Translations under genes and position numbers: made by a program
NCBI GenBank assembly: GCA_001275005.1
Contig: JWZX01002355.1
Location: forward strand, 1-61,019
Length of the DNA stretch: 61,019 nucleotides
Reading direction: 5' to 3'
DNA from: Chrysochromulina tobinii
Taxonomy: Eukaryota
The notes under the pieces: generated by a model
Told to the model about the DNA's origin: nothing
Databases searched by the model: none
What the model saw: the letters and a program-made list of their open reading frames with translations, nothing else
Part shown: in pieces, positions 25,014-35,207 of the stretch
Layout of the letters: the number at the start of each line of letters is the position of its first letter
Position numbering within the stretch: the stretch's first letter is position 1

Positions 25014-26801
25014 ATGTGGCTGCTCGCCAGCAGCGCCTGCTTCTACTCAAATCGTATGTCATCGCTCGGCTCGCCGTACGCACTGAAGGCCGTTCGTTAC
25101 TCCGCAAGGATGCTATTGGTGGAGCCAGACCAGCAACTGCTTACATTCGCAGATCTGGATATCAGCGCTGGCCTGCGGCAGAACATTGCAGCGCTGGGCC
25201 ATCGCACTGCGACACTAGTGCAAACAGCGTCGCTGCCTGCCCTGCTTGCGGGCGAAGATGTAGTGGCGAAGGCTCGTACAGGCACGGGCAAGACTCTGGC
25301 CTTCCTGATCCCGACGATCGAGAGATTGATGATCTCGGAGGCGGCGTCCCCCGACCAGATTCGTGCGCTGGTGCTCTCTCCGACCCGTGAGCTTGCCGCT
25401 CAGATCGCCGAGGCAGCTGAGAGCCTCGTGGCTGGCAGCCCGATCCGCGTGGTCTGCGTCTTCGGTGGCACATCGATGACCAAGGACCGTCGTCTGCTCG
25501 CGGGTCGTGTTGACCTCTTGGTGGCGACGCCGGGACGGCTGTGGGACCACATGGAGAACGAACGGCTCACACCGCGCCTGCGCACGCTGCAGACGCTCAT
25601 TCTCGACGAAGGCGACCGGCTACTCGACCAAGGGTTCAGCAAGCAAATCGGCGACATCGTGCGCTGCTTGCCTCCGAAGCGGCAGTCGCTCTGCTTCTCG
25701 GCGACGATGCCGCCCGAGCTCTCGAGCGTGCTCGGCAGGGCGCTGCGCCCCGGCCACCGCGTGATCGACTGCGTGGGCAGCGCGGCCCAGTCGGAGACAG
25801 CATCACTGGTCTCGCAGCAGGTCTTCTGTGCGGAGATGAGCGCGGTGCCTGGGATTGCGGCGGTCGTGGTGCGCGAAGAGCTCAAGGCTGCGGCCGGCCG
25901 GGGCAAAGTGGTGGTCTTCTGCCCGACAGCGAACCAGGCGCAGTTTGTCTCGGAGCTCTTCGACACGATGGGCGTGCGCAACGCGCCCCTCCACTCGCGC
26001 AAGAGCCAAGCCTATCGCACTCGTGTCTCGAACGAATTCCGTGACCAGAAGCAAGGAGTCCTCGTCGCGTCGGACGTGGCCGCGCGGGGAGTGGACTACC
26101 CCGACGTGTCGCTGGTGGTGCAGATGGGCGCGCCGGACACGCGCGAGCAGTACGTGCATCGCACGGGGCGCACGGGGCGCGCGGGCAAGACGGGCAAGGC
26201 CCTTCTGCTCCTGAACGACTGGGAGGAGCGCGCCACGATGAAGATGCTCGCCGGGCTGCCTATCGAAAAGCGACGAACGAGTGGCGCGGATGCGGCGGCG
26301 CAGCAGGAGGCGTGTGAGGCGGCCGGGCGGGTCGATGAGGACTGCCGAGCGAAGGCGTACCAGGCGTGGCTCGGCTATTACAACCAGAAGATGCGCATCT
26401 TTGGTTGGGACAAGGCGGCGTTGGTCGCCACCGCCAATGAGTTTGCCCTCGGCGCACTGGCATTGCCCGAGGTGCCGACGCTCGAAGCGAAGACGGTTGG
26501 AATGATGGGCCTCAAAGGCACACCTGGTCTCAACGTGGCCAAGGGGCCAGCCGGCGGAGGTAGCAGAGGCGCAGGCGGTGCAGGCGGTGCAGGCGGTGCA
26601 GGCGGTGCAGGCGTCGGGGGGGCAGGCGGAGGTGGCAGAGGTACAGGTGGCAGCGACGGCAGAGGCAGAGGCCGTGGCGGCGGTAGAGGTGCCACCCACG
26701 GGACGGCCCCCTTGGCCCGTGGGCGAGGCTACTCGCAGGGGCGTGGCGGGCGCGGTGGAAACGGAATAGGGCCTGGCCGCGGCGGGTCGCATGGCCAATG
26801 A
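25014..26801 (+). CDS. DEAD-box RNA helicase, MSS116/plant RH25-26-31-like, with RGG tail
   Basis: ARTGTGKT, PTRELAAQI, TPGRL, DEGD, SAT, SDVAARGVD, HRTGRTGRAG and the subfamily motif AYQAWLGYY. Start uncertain (24927-25110). Confidence 0.92.
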   Translation: MWLLASSACFYSNRMSSLGSPYALKAVRYSARMLLVEPDQQLLTFADLDISAGLRQNIAALGHRTATLVQTASLPALLAGEDVVAKARTGTGKTLAFLIPTIERLMISEAASPDQIRALVLSPTRELAAQIAEAAESLVAGSPIRVVCVFGGTSMTKDRRLLAGRVDLLVATPGRLWDHMENERLTPRLRTLQTLILDEGDRLLDQGFSKQIGDIVRCLPPKRQSLCFSATMPPELSSVLGRALRPGHRVIDCVGSAAQSETASLVSQQVFCAEMSAVPGIAAVVVREELKAAAGRGKVVVFCPTANQAQFVSELFDTMGVRNAPLHSRKSQAYRTRVSNEFRDQKQGVLVASDVAARGVDYPDVSLVVQMGAPDTREQYVHRTGRTGRAGKTGKALLLLNDWEERATMKMLAGLPIEKRRTSGADAAAQQEACEAAGRVDEDCRAKAYQAWLGYYNQKMRIFGWDKAALVATANEFALGALALPEVPTLEAKTVGMMGLKGTPGLNVAKGPAGGGSRGAGGAGGAGGAGGAGVGGAGGGGRGTGGSDGRGRGRGGGRGATHGTAPLARGRGYSQGRGGRGGNGIGPGRGGSHGQ

Positions 26802-27521
26802 ATGACGCACCTACATGTGGTGCTGCCGGTTGCGGTTGGGACGACCCGTCCGTGCGAGGAGTTGCCCCGGTTGCGTTTGCCGCGCCCACACACCTAACCG
26901 ACTGGACTTGCTAGGCGTCCCGATGTTATGTCCATGTTGACGCTAGATCAAGAAGAATTGATTACGTTTAACGTTATGATTACGATGAAGGCTCAACCGT
27001 ATCGGTCTCTGAGAATGTGGGTGGTGAATTACTATCAAAAGTGTGGACGCCGGGAGATTAATTTCTTCGTTCATCTCCGATCTCGCTACTCGCTTCACAG
27101 CGTGCTGCTGCTGGAGATCCGCTTCAGCCGGACCGCTCTTCAGCTCTTGTCGCCGCACAAGGCACTCGCACGCACAACGAGGCATTGGAATTTCCCTTGG
27201 CGCCCTACGGCCGTTATATAGATCGCGTCTAGGCGCAGGAGCGACTGCGTACTCGAGACTTTGGTGGACCACGTGTACACGTGGCAGGGGTTAGGTCTTA
27301 CGCGCTACAGTGGGAGGAAAATGGCGCCGTGGCAAGCGCCCAGCAACCCTCATCGTATCCAATCCGTTGATGAAGCGTGTTATTTTTTATAATCACCCCC
27401 CCGAATAACAAGATTCTGCATGCACATTTTAGTTGGCAACCATCGATCTTGACGAAACAGAGTTGCGCGTAACCGAGTTGCCAGATCTTTTAATTATCCG
27501 TCAACACGCGCCTTCAACCCA

Positions 27522-29021
27522 ATGCTCGCCGCAGCCGTGCCGTTAGCTATTGCAGCTAGTGCCGTATCGTATCGCGTGCGTCGCTGCCTGCACGGCGACG
27601 GCAAGACCGATGTGGACGTGACGGACCAAATATCTGACAGCACAGCACTGCATGCCGAGGAGCCTACGGCGTCTGAACACTTGAACAACGACTTGGATTG
27701 CGAGGATGACAACAGTAGCTTGTGGCCACATCATCTTGACGAGTGGCCGCACACACGCTACGCACTTTGCGATAAGTTGCCACCCCTGCAGGAGGAGGGC
27801 GAAACCGAAAGTGATGTGGATGAGAGCGGATCATCGGAAGCCGGCGACGACAACTCTGTTAACTCAGAATGCTGTGATTCCAAGGTTGACACCGCCATGG
27901 TGCACTCATCCTTGGGTGCTGCTCCGCTTGACGAACAGCTTGCCAAAGTGCTCAAGTGCGAGGCTGACCTCAACGCGGCACTTGAGCACGTGCGGGCTCG
28001 TGCCTCACGGCTGAAACGCTACTTGGGGCACGTCGTGGAGCAGCAGCCAATGGCGATCCCGATCCAAACGGAGGCCACGAGCACATGCTCCGACGAGACC
28101 CGTGGCGAGCGGGCGTCCGCTCCTCCGCTTCTCGACGTGGGGAGGCTCACAAGCCCCACAAGCCCGCTCGGCTGGCGCCTGAACCCCGGCGACGCGCGCC
28201 TGTGCCAAATGGATTGGCTGGACAGGGAGATGCGCCGAGATCAAGAGTTGGCACTCGAAGAGGGGCCGAGGACACACGACTACGAGAAGGCGGCAGAGGC
28301 CGAGCTTCCATACGGAGGGATCCCGGGCGCTGAGCTTCCATATGGAGCGATCCGCAGGCGGCCCTCCGTGCACGCGCCTGGATCCCTCCATCTCTGTCTG
28401 CAGACGATTGCTAGCCGGCCGAGTCGCCCTTTGCGCTCGAAGGATGACCTTAAAGTATCGAAGGTGCCCAAGACGCCCTCGAAGGTGCCGGAGACGCCCG
28501 CTTTCGAGAGCATCGTCAGCAGCAGGAAGACGTTCGAGGCGTGTAGGAATCTTTTTGGCGCCCATCGGCCAGCGCCAGGGCCAGCCAGCACGGACAGTTC
28601 TGTAACGGACGGGGCGGAAGCGCTGCTGTGGAGCAAAGCAGAGCTTTGGGAGGCGGAGGCGGAGCCATACGTGCGCAGTAGTCCCACATCGATCATGAGT
28701 ACGCATGCAATCCTCGAGGCTGCATTGGCGACTCCGATCCAAATGGAGGCCATCATGAGTACGCATGCAATCCTCGAGGCTGCATTGGCGACTTCGATCC
28801 ATATGGAGGCCATCAGGGCATGCCCTTGTCACGAAACCGTGGAGGCTGCCAGTGCCGCGCCAGTTGATGTGCCTAAAGCTGCCATTGCAAAGGAGACCGC
28901 GCCTGCACTGAAGGTGCGAGGCTCAGCTTGGGCATGCGCGTTTACATGCATGGGGTTGGGGAATGACCAAGACCTCGCCGTTTGCGTTCCAGTTGAAAAG
29001 CCAAGAAACAACGCATGCTAG
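27522..29021 (+). CDS. Orphan protein B, paralog of 22434-24743
   Basis: 499-aa ORF with APLDEQLAKVLKCEADLNA and LGWRL.PGD...QM.WLDR...DQ..ALEEG shared with A. Confidence 0.65.
   Translation: MLAAAVPLAIAASAVSYRVRRCLHGDGKTDVDVTDQISDSTALHAEEPTASEHLNNDLDCEDDNSSLWPHHLDEWPHTRYALCDKLPPLQEEGETESDVDESGSSEAGDDNSVNSECCDSKVDTAMVHSSLGAAPLDEQLAKVLKCEADLNAALEHVRARASRLKRYLGHVVEQQPMAIPIQTEATSTCSDETRGERASAPPLLDVGRLTSPTSPLGWRLNPGDARLCQMDWLDREMRRDQELALEEGPRTHDYEKAAEAELPYGGIPGAELPYGAIRRRPSVHAPGSLHLCLQTIASRPSRPLRSKDDLKVSKVPKTPSKVPETPAFESIVSSRKTFEACRNLFGAHRPAPGPASTDSSVTDGAEALLWSKAELWEAEAEPYVRSSPTSIMSTHAILEAALATPIQMEAIMSTHAILEAALATSIHMEAIRACPCHETVEAASAAPVDVPKAAIAKETAPALKVRGSAWACAFTCMGLGNDQDLAVCVPVEKPRNNAC
28692..28815 (+). 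repeat. 60-nt in-frame tandem duplication (IMSTHAILEAALATxIxMEA x2)
   Basis: Two near-identical 60-nt units. Confidence 0.95.
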
Positions 29022-29283
29022 ATGCGAATCGGCCCTTCGCTCTTCGGCAGGACCCAGGGGGAGGAGGAGCGGGGGCGCGACGAACCCGCGGTCCCGCGCC
29101 ACATGGTCCCAGGCCGCACGGCACAGGCGCGACGTACGGGTCGGCGGGAGCGAGCCGCGCGGTTTCGCCCCCGGTTCGACGGTCTTAGCGCCCATACAAA
29201 TCGTCGATCAAGTTTACTGTAAGAATACACTCCTCTATTATGTTGAATGCCACGAGCAGATCGAGCGCATTTGCCGGATCCAC

Positions 29284-30024
29284 TCACTCAAGCCCAGGCG
29301 CCTTGCCGGGCGCCGGGTTCGACAACGGTACGCTCGTCATGGCTCGTAACCCGGGCTTTGGCAGCGGCTTGCGTCCTGGGACGGGCTTATACTGTGCGGG
29401 AAAGAGCTTCTTTCCCGACGGTCTGTAGAGAGTGTCCATGAGCTGTGCCTCGGCGAGATTCTTGGCAGCCTCTTTGACGGCACGCACGCGCTCGGCCTCG
29501 ACTGCGCTCTGTGTTCTCGTGCGCTCGGCAGCTGCTCGGGCGGAGTCGGACGTGAGCAGTGCGAACCCCTTGGAGAATTCTTCTTTCGTCAGGACGCCAT
29601 CGTTGTTGTTGTCAATGGCTTTAAATGCTGCCTGCACTACGTCCCCTGTGAGCATCGCATAGCCCTTCCGAAACTCGGCAATATCGAGCACTCCGTTTCC
29701 ATCTTCATCAACTGCGTCAAACACCATCGACACTCGAGAGTCATCAGAGGTGGACTTTGCTTCGCCTCCCGCGAACTCCGAATTGGCCTTCGACTTGAGC
29801 TGTGATAGCTCCTGCTGCAGCAGGTTTGCCCGCAGCTCCGCAGCACCACCGGCAGCCATGGCAGCCCGGAGGTTGGAACGCATGTCCCTAATTTCGGCTT
29901 GCAGTTCCTCCACCGACGGCTCAGCTTGCGATGCCATCGAAATATGGCAGGCCGCACGACGAGGCACGTTCGCAACGGTCCCTAACCAAGATGATAGCGT
30001 CAGCGATGCGATAAGCACAAGCAT
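29284..30024 (-). CDS. EF-hand protein with signal/plastid-type presequence and coiled coil
   Basis: MLVLIASLTLSS..., DEDGNGVLDIAEF and DNNNDGVLTKEEF. Confidence 0.8.
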   Translation of the reverse strand: MLVLIASLTLSSWLGTVANVPRRAACHISMASQAEPSVEELQAEIRDMRSNLRAAMAAGGAAELRANLLQQELSQLKSKANSEFAGGEAKSTSDDSRVSMVFDAVDEDGNGVLDIAEFRKGYAMLTGDVVQAAFKAIDNNNDGVLTKEEFSKGFALLTSDSARAAAERTRTQSAVEAERVRAVKEAAKNLAEAQLMDTLYRPSGKKLFPAQYKPVPGRKPLPKPGLRAMTSVPLSNPAPGKAPGLE

Positions 30025-30250
30025 CGTGGGTGCGGTCGCGGTGCTGTGTGTGGTGATGCGATCGTCCGGGAGAGGCCCGGGGAGGAAAACAGGAAATTTC
30101 GTGTGAGAGATTCGACCTCACCTTTCGTCGTTTCATCCCGTTGCTAGTGGCAACATTAGCAATACATGTACCCAGTCGCTACTGTCCGCTCATAGGGGTA
30201 GTTTCGTCGAATTTTTAGGGGGCTTCCAAACTTGCCTTCGATGGACGCGA

Positions 30251-32506
30251 ATGGGGGCTGAATTCTTAAGGAACGCGCTGGCCCGCGACTCGAAACTTTC
30301 GGCGGACCTGTACAACGATTTGGGGGCGGCGCTTGCTTCGCAGCGCGGTCGTCAGCGAGAGGCGGCGGCCGCCTACGTGCAGGCCATTCAGATTGCGCCA
30401 GTGCATAGCGTGGCCTACAACAACCTTGCCGCGTTGCTGCTCACCGCCTCGCCGCCACAGCGTTCCAAAGCTCTGAGCATGTACCTCATCGCGCACTCGC
30501 TGCAGCCTGAGCAGTACGAGCGCTATCCGCAGATGCACCTCAACCTCGCGAGCGTCCTCGTTGATGCAGCGCGCTACGATGAGGCCATCTGGCACTACGG
30601 CCGCGGATTGCGGTACGAGCCACAGGCCGAGGACACGCTCGGCCGGCTCGTGCATCTGAGCCAGCGCGTGTGCGACTGGCGTGCGGTCGATCGCCTCTGG
30701 CCTCACGTGCGCCACTTGCTCACGAAGCTGCGTCGCCGCGGCCAGCAGCAAGCGCAGCGGCCGGCAATCTCGCCGATGCATGCGCTAACATTGCCACTCT
30801 CAGCCAGCGAGCTGCTCGCGCTTGCGCAGGCGCACAGCGCTGCCATCGAGGCCGAGGCCGCTACGGCGCACTCTCTTCTTGGTGAACCCCCAGAGGCGCC
30901 GTCGGCGGGCTTGCTGCCGCCCACCACGTCCGCGATGCGCGCGGCGGACCGTCCAGAGACTGCCGCCTCTGCGGCCGCGGGCGCCGTAGGCGCTGCCTCG
31001 GGCGTTTTCACGGGGTCCTCGCACGTGCGCCACGGCACGCTGCATATCGGACTGCTGAGCTTCGATTTCAAGCGCCATCCGGTCGCCATCCTGCTCGCTC
31101 GAGCACTTGCCGCTGTGCGCCGCCACTGCCCAGGGGTGACGCTGACTCTCTTTGCCCTCAATCCGATGGCGCCGTCGCGGGCGGTCGCCGAGACGTCCCC
31201 CGCGCTCGATGCCGAAGGGGATGCGGCCGCGAGCTCACTGGCGTCGGAGGCCGATGAGACGGTATGGGCAGCGCGGCTTCGCGCGGCTGTGCATGCGACA
31301 GTGCCACTGCATAATGTGAGCGACGCCAAGGCGGCAGCCCAGATCCGTGCATACGGCGTGCACGTGCTTCTCGACTTCAACGGGCTGTACTCACGCGGCG
31401 CGCGGCCGGGCATCCTCGCGCGCCGCCCGGCGCCGGTGCAAGCAACCCATCTAGGCTACGGTGCCTCGACGGGCGCCCGTTTCGTAGATTGGGTCTTGGC
31501 TGACCCGATAGCGTTGCCACCGACCCCGGAGCACGCGGCGCTGCATACCGAGAAGATGCTGCTGATGCCGCCCTCGCACCTACCTGCAGGCCACGCGGAG
31601 CTCTATCCACACCTGCTGCGACCGAGCGCCGATCCGCGCACGCGCGGCCGTCGCGAAGCCGACACGATGAGCAGCGCTGGCGCCGCCGCCGCCGGCCGCG
31701 CTGGCGGCCGACAAGACGCGTGTACGAGCCACGAGCGTGCTCGATACGGTCTGCCGCCGCGGAGTGGCTCGCGTCGCGGGGCGGTGCTCGGCTACTTTGG
31801 GCAGCATCTGAAGATTGACGAGAGCACGTTCGGGCAGTGGCTCTCGATGCTGCAGCGCCAGCCGAGGTCTCGGCTTTGGATGGTACGATGGCCTGCCTCC
31901 ACCTCGAGGCTGCAGCAGCAAGCGGCCGCGGCTGGCGTGCGAGTGGATCGCCTCGTGTTTACCGAGCGGCTTGCACAAGGAGAGCACCTGTGCGCCTTTG
32001 CCCTCGCGGACCTCGCCCTCGATTCGCCGCTCTATAGCAGTGGCGCCACGGGGGTCGACGTGCTATGGAGCGGTGTGCCGATGCTCGCGTTGGCTGGCGG
32101 CATGCGCACGCCCGCGGCGACCGGCGCCAACGCGGGCGCGCACGCAGCTTCCCACAGGGCCTCGACGAACATCTTCCAGCGCAACGCCATCTCGCTCGTC
32201 GCGGCGGCCGCGCAACCCTACCTGCAGGCGCACACGCGCTCGGGCTACGAGGAACTTGGGCTGGGGATCGTGCAACGGCCCTCGACGCGTGCTGCGGCAC
32301 AGGCGCGCGCACGGAGCTCTCGGGCGAGCGCGCCACTCTTTGACACACGTCGGTGGGCGCTCGCTTTCACGGCGGGCTTGCACATGGCGTGGGAGGTGCG
32401 CCAGACGAGCGCCGTGTCGAGCGGCGTGCGTGCCGCCATGCATCTTGTGGTCGGACGCCCTTTTGTTACCGGACGCCCTTTTGTTACCGGATCTTCTTCA
32501 TCTTGA
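30251..32506 (+). CDS. TPR-containing O-GlcNAc transferase/SPINDLY-like glycosyltransferase (GT41)
   Basis: TPRs (YNDLG, YNNLA), IGLLSFDFKRHPV, ILARRPAPVQATHLGYGASTG, QHLKID and DLALDSPLYSSGATGVDVLWSGVP. Confidence 0.88.
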   Translation: MGAEFLRNALARDSKLSADLYNDLGAALASQRGRQREAAAAYVQAIQIAPVHSVAYNNLAALLLTASPPQRSKALSMYLIAHSLQPEQYERYPQMHLNLASVLVDAARYDEAIWHYGRGLRYEPQAEDTLGRLVHLSQRVCDWRAVDRLWPHVRHLLTKLRRRGQQQAQRPAISPMHALTLPLSASELLALAQAHSAAIEAEAATAHSLLGEPPEAPSAGLLPPTTSAMRAADRPETAASAAAGAVGAASGVFTGSSHVRHGTLHIGLLSFDFKRHPVAILLARALAAVRRHCPGVTLTLFALNPMAPSRAVAETSPALDAEGDAAASSLASEADETVWAARLRAAVHATVPLHNVSDAKAAAQIRAYGVHVLLDFNGLYSRGARPGILARRPAPVQATHLGYGASTGARFVDWVLADPIALPPTPEHAALHTEKMLLMPPSHLPAGHAELYPHLLRPSADPRTRGRREADTMSSAGAAAAGRAGGRQDACTSHERARYGLPPRSGSRRGAVLGYFGQHLKIDESTFGQWLSMLQRQPRSRLWMVRWPASTSRLQQQAAAAGVRVDRLVFTERLAQGEHLCAFALADLALDSPLYSSGATGVDVLWSGVPMLALAGGMRTPAATGANAGAHAASHRASTNIFQRNAISLVAAAAQPYLQAHTRSGYEELGLGIVQRPSTRAAAQARARSSRASAPLFDTRRWALAFTAGLHMAWEVRQTSAVSSGVRAAMHLVVGRPFVTGRPFVTGSSSS

Positions 32507-32834
32507 TCTTCTTCTTGGCCCTGGCAGCAGACGAACGGCCGGGCGTGTTCCGGCCAACGCGCGACTTCAAGGGAACGGCACAAAACGAAGGCCCGCCCGG
32601 GGCGAGAGCAAGAGCGGACGAGCTCGGCTCCTGTTTCGCGCACCGTCACGGCACTCTTCGCTTCGCGGTTCTCGGTGCGACACACGTTGCTTCACTTTCC
32701 GCTCAACTACAAGTGTTCGTGTAAAGACCGTGTTGACGGAACTAGAAGTATGAGATTATAACTAGGACTAGCTACTAGCGGGTGGCACTGGAATTCACAG
32801 AAATGTTCACCACAAGCTGAAGTCGGCTCATTGA

Positions 32835-34901
32835 TCATTCGCCCTTGATGACGACCTGGGCGAGGTCGGCGCCGCCGCCCTGCTCGCGTGCCTCGGGCTT
32901 GTGCTTTCCCCTTCGCACGCGCGACAGGACGAGCCTGCGCAGCACGTAGAGCGCGAAGCTCGCGATGACACCGATAGGTAGCAGCTCGCCGAGGTCCCAA
33001 TACTCGTTGAACACGAGTCTCTCGTAGGTATCCACGGCGTGCTCGACGCGCGACGAGCCCCACACGAGCTGGGAGCTCAGCCCCAAAGGGTCGAGGGAGG
33101 GGAGCAGCTCGAGCAGCACGAATCCGAGCGCGCACACGAGCTCGAGCAGCCACGAGCGCACGCAGAAGCGCGCGCCAAGCACGCCGACGATGCTCAGCGC
33201 CACGGCCGCGCGGTGCAGCCGCTCACGGTAGGCGGCGCGATACGCGGTGCGCCCCTCGGAGGCGAGCTGTGGCAGTAGGCTCTCGTGGAATCGCGCCGCC
33301 GCCGGCCCGACGCATCCCTCGAGGGTCCGATTGCACGCGAGGACGTGCGCGTCGTACCGGGCAGTGGACGGCAGCCACGCGGCCGTGCCGCGGCGAAGCA
33401 TCGCCTCGCAGCGGCCCCAGAGCTCGTCGCACGCGCGTTGCGACGCGACGAAGTTCGAGTCGGCGACGGCGCGCAGGGCGTCGCGCGCGCGGACCTCGAG
33501 GTCCGTCGCGTCCGTTGCGCCGAAGCTCTCATCCCGCAGCCGCTCCATCGCCGCTCGCAGCCGTTGCTCAAAGGCCGCCTGCAGCGCTGCCTCGCTCAGA
33601 GGCAGCGGCAGCGCGCGAAGGGACTCGACGAGGCGGTCGATGTTGCTGTGGACGAGCGCTGTATTGAAGGCGTCGACGACGGAGCCGGCCGAAGGCAGAT
33701 CGTGGGCATTGAGCGCGCCCACGAGCCGCGTGATCAGCGACGCGAGCTCCTCGCCGCGAAGGCTGCCCTCGCGGTTGCCGCCCGCACCAGCGCCGCCTTC
33801 GCCGCCTTCGCCGCCTTCGCCGCCTTCGCGGCCTTCGCCGCCCTCGCCGCCTTCGCTGCCCACGCCGGCGCCGCCGTCGCTGTGGCTTGCCGCGTGCCTG
33901 TACACATACTCCTTGACCTCAGCCGCACCTCGTAGGTAACCCGGATCGTACTGCTCGCGCGGCAGCGCGCACAGCTCCGTACGGTGCACGTGCGGCTGCG
34001 GCAGGCCAAGGGCACGCATGCGGTCAAACGAGATGAGCGCGTCGCGCACCTTGTTGAGCCGTTTGGAATGTTCGTCCAGGTGCTCGCTGGGCTGCAGCGC
34101 CTGGTGCAGGTATGCCTCGACCGAGCCGCCCTCAAGAAAGTCGCGCTGCACCAGCCAAAGCAGTGCGGGTGGCCGCCACTTGCTGTGCAGCACGCGACCG
34201 TCGCCACCGCCGCCGCCGCCGTCGCCACCGCCGTCCTTATCCTCGCGCCGGCCGCGACGGCTGCCGTCGGTGTCGCTCTCAGTGCTGCTCCTACTCCTGC
34301 TACTGGCGCCGTGGCTAGAAACGCCGCCGCGCGCCGTGTGCTGCGCACGGTGCCAGAACTCCTGCGAGAGCTGCGAGGCGAAGGCAAGTCGCTCGATGTC
34401 GGCCTGCTTGATCGTCTCAGCCAAGTTGTATACGAGCACCGAGCTAATGAGCGCGGCGAAAGCAAAGATGCGGTCATCGTACACGTCGGCTTGGCCAGTG
34501 CCTTCGAAGCCCTCCGTGTCCATGAAGATCCGAACTGTGCCGTTGGAGTCCCTTCTCGGCCAGATCCACACTCCCTTTGTCTGCGTGTGGCGCTGGTGGC
34601 CGACGACGAAGCCCTCCGAGCAGCCGACGCCCATGAGCTCGTTGAGCAGGAACGACTTGCCCGTGCGGTAGGCGCCGACGACTGATACGACGGGCAGCGG
34701 CGTCTCACGAAGCTGACCTCGCAGCAGCTCGAGCGCATCTTCCTGCAGTACCAGCTTCGTGTGAGTGTCCTTGTCGGGCAGCAGGAGTGCAAGCGGCTGT
34801 TGCTGCGGCGGCACGTGCGGCTCGCCGGTGGCGACCAGCGCGAGCACGGCCGTGAGCAGCGCGAACACGGCCGTGCTCGCACCGTGGCGCATCAGGCTCA
34901 T
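32835..34901 (-). CDS. Guanylate-binding protein/atlastin-family GTPase with signal peptide and C-terminal TM helices
   Basis: GAYRTGKS, TKGVWIW, DTEG, QRDF, YDDRIFA; EGG repeat insert. Confidence 0.88.
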   Translation of the reverse strand: MSLMRHGASTAVFALLTAVLALVATGEPHVPPQQQPLALLLPDKDTHTKLVLQEDALELLRGQLRETPLPVVSVVGAYRTGKSFLLNELMGVGCSEGFVVGHQRHTQTKGVWIWPRRDSNGTVRIFMDTEGFEGTGQADVYDDRIFAFAALISSVLVYNLAETIKQADIERLAFASQLSQEFWHRAQHTARGGVSSHGASSRSRSSTESDTDGSRRGRREDKDGGGDGGGGGGDGRVLHSKWRPPALLWLVQRDFLEGGSVEAYLHQALQPSEHLDEHSKRLNKVRDALISFDRMRALGLPQPHVHRTELCALPREQYDPGYLRGAAEVKEYVYRHAASHSDGGAGVGSEGGEGGEGREGGEGGEGGEGGAGAGGNREGSLRGEELASLITRLVGALNAHDLPSAGSVVDAFNTALVHSNIDRLVESLRALPLPLSEAALQAAFEQRLRAAMERLRDESFGATDATDLEVRARDALRAVADSNFVASQRACDELWGRCEAMLRRGTAAWLPSTARYDAHVLACNRTLEGCVGPAAARFHESLLPQLASEGRTAYRAAYRERLHRAAVALSIVGVLGARFCVRSWLLELVCALGFVLLELLPSLDPLGLSSQLVWGSSRVEHAVDTYERLVFNEYWDLGELLPIGVIASFALYVLRRLVLSRVRRGKHKPEAREQGGGADLAQVVIKGE

Positions 34902-35054
34902 GTATCGCGCTCGTCTCGCCGAGCGCGAACCCCGCGATGGCGCAGCTGGATGGCGTTCGGGGATGCGAGCGCTTTTGATGACACACCCAATTTGTCGTGA
35001 GTGTCAAATGTATTGGCGGCCAGCCCCACTGTGGAGAAGGCCGCTCGCTCGCTC

Positions 35055-35166
35055 ATGTCGTCGCTGAGCGGCGACATCAGTGCACGGCGGCTGGCGCGCT
35101 CCAAGGAGCGCGCCGAGGGCAAATGCGTCGGCAGCAGTAGTAGCAGCAGCGGCGGCAGCGGCGGCA

Positions 35167-35207
<41 letters not shown>

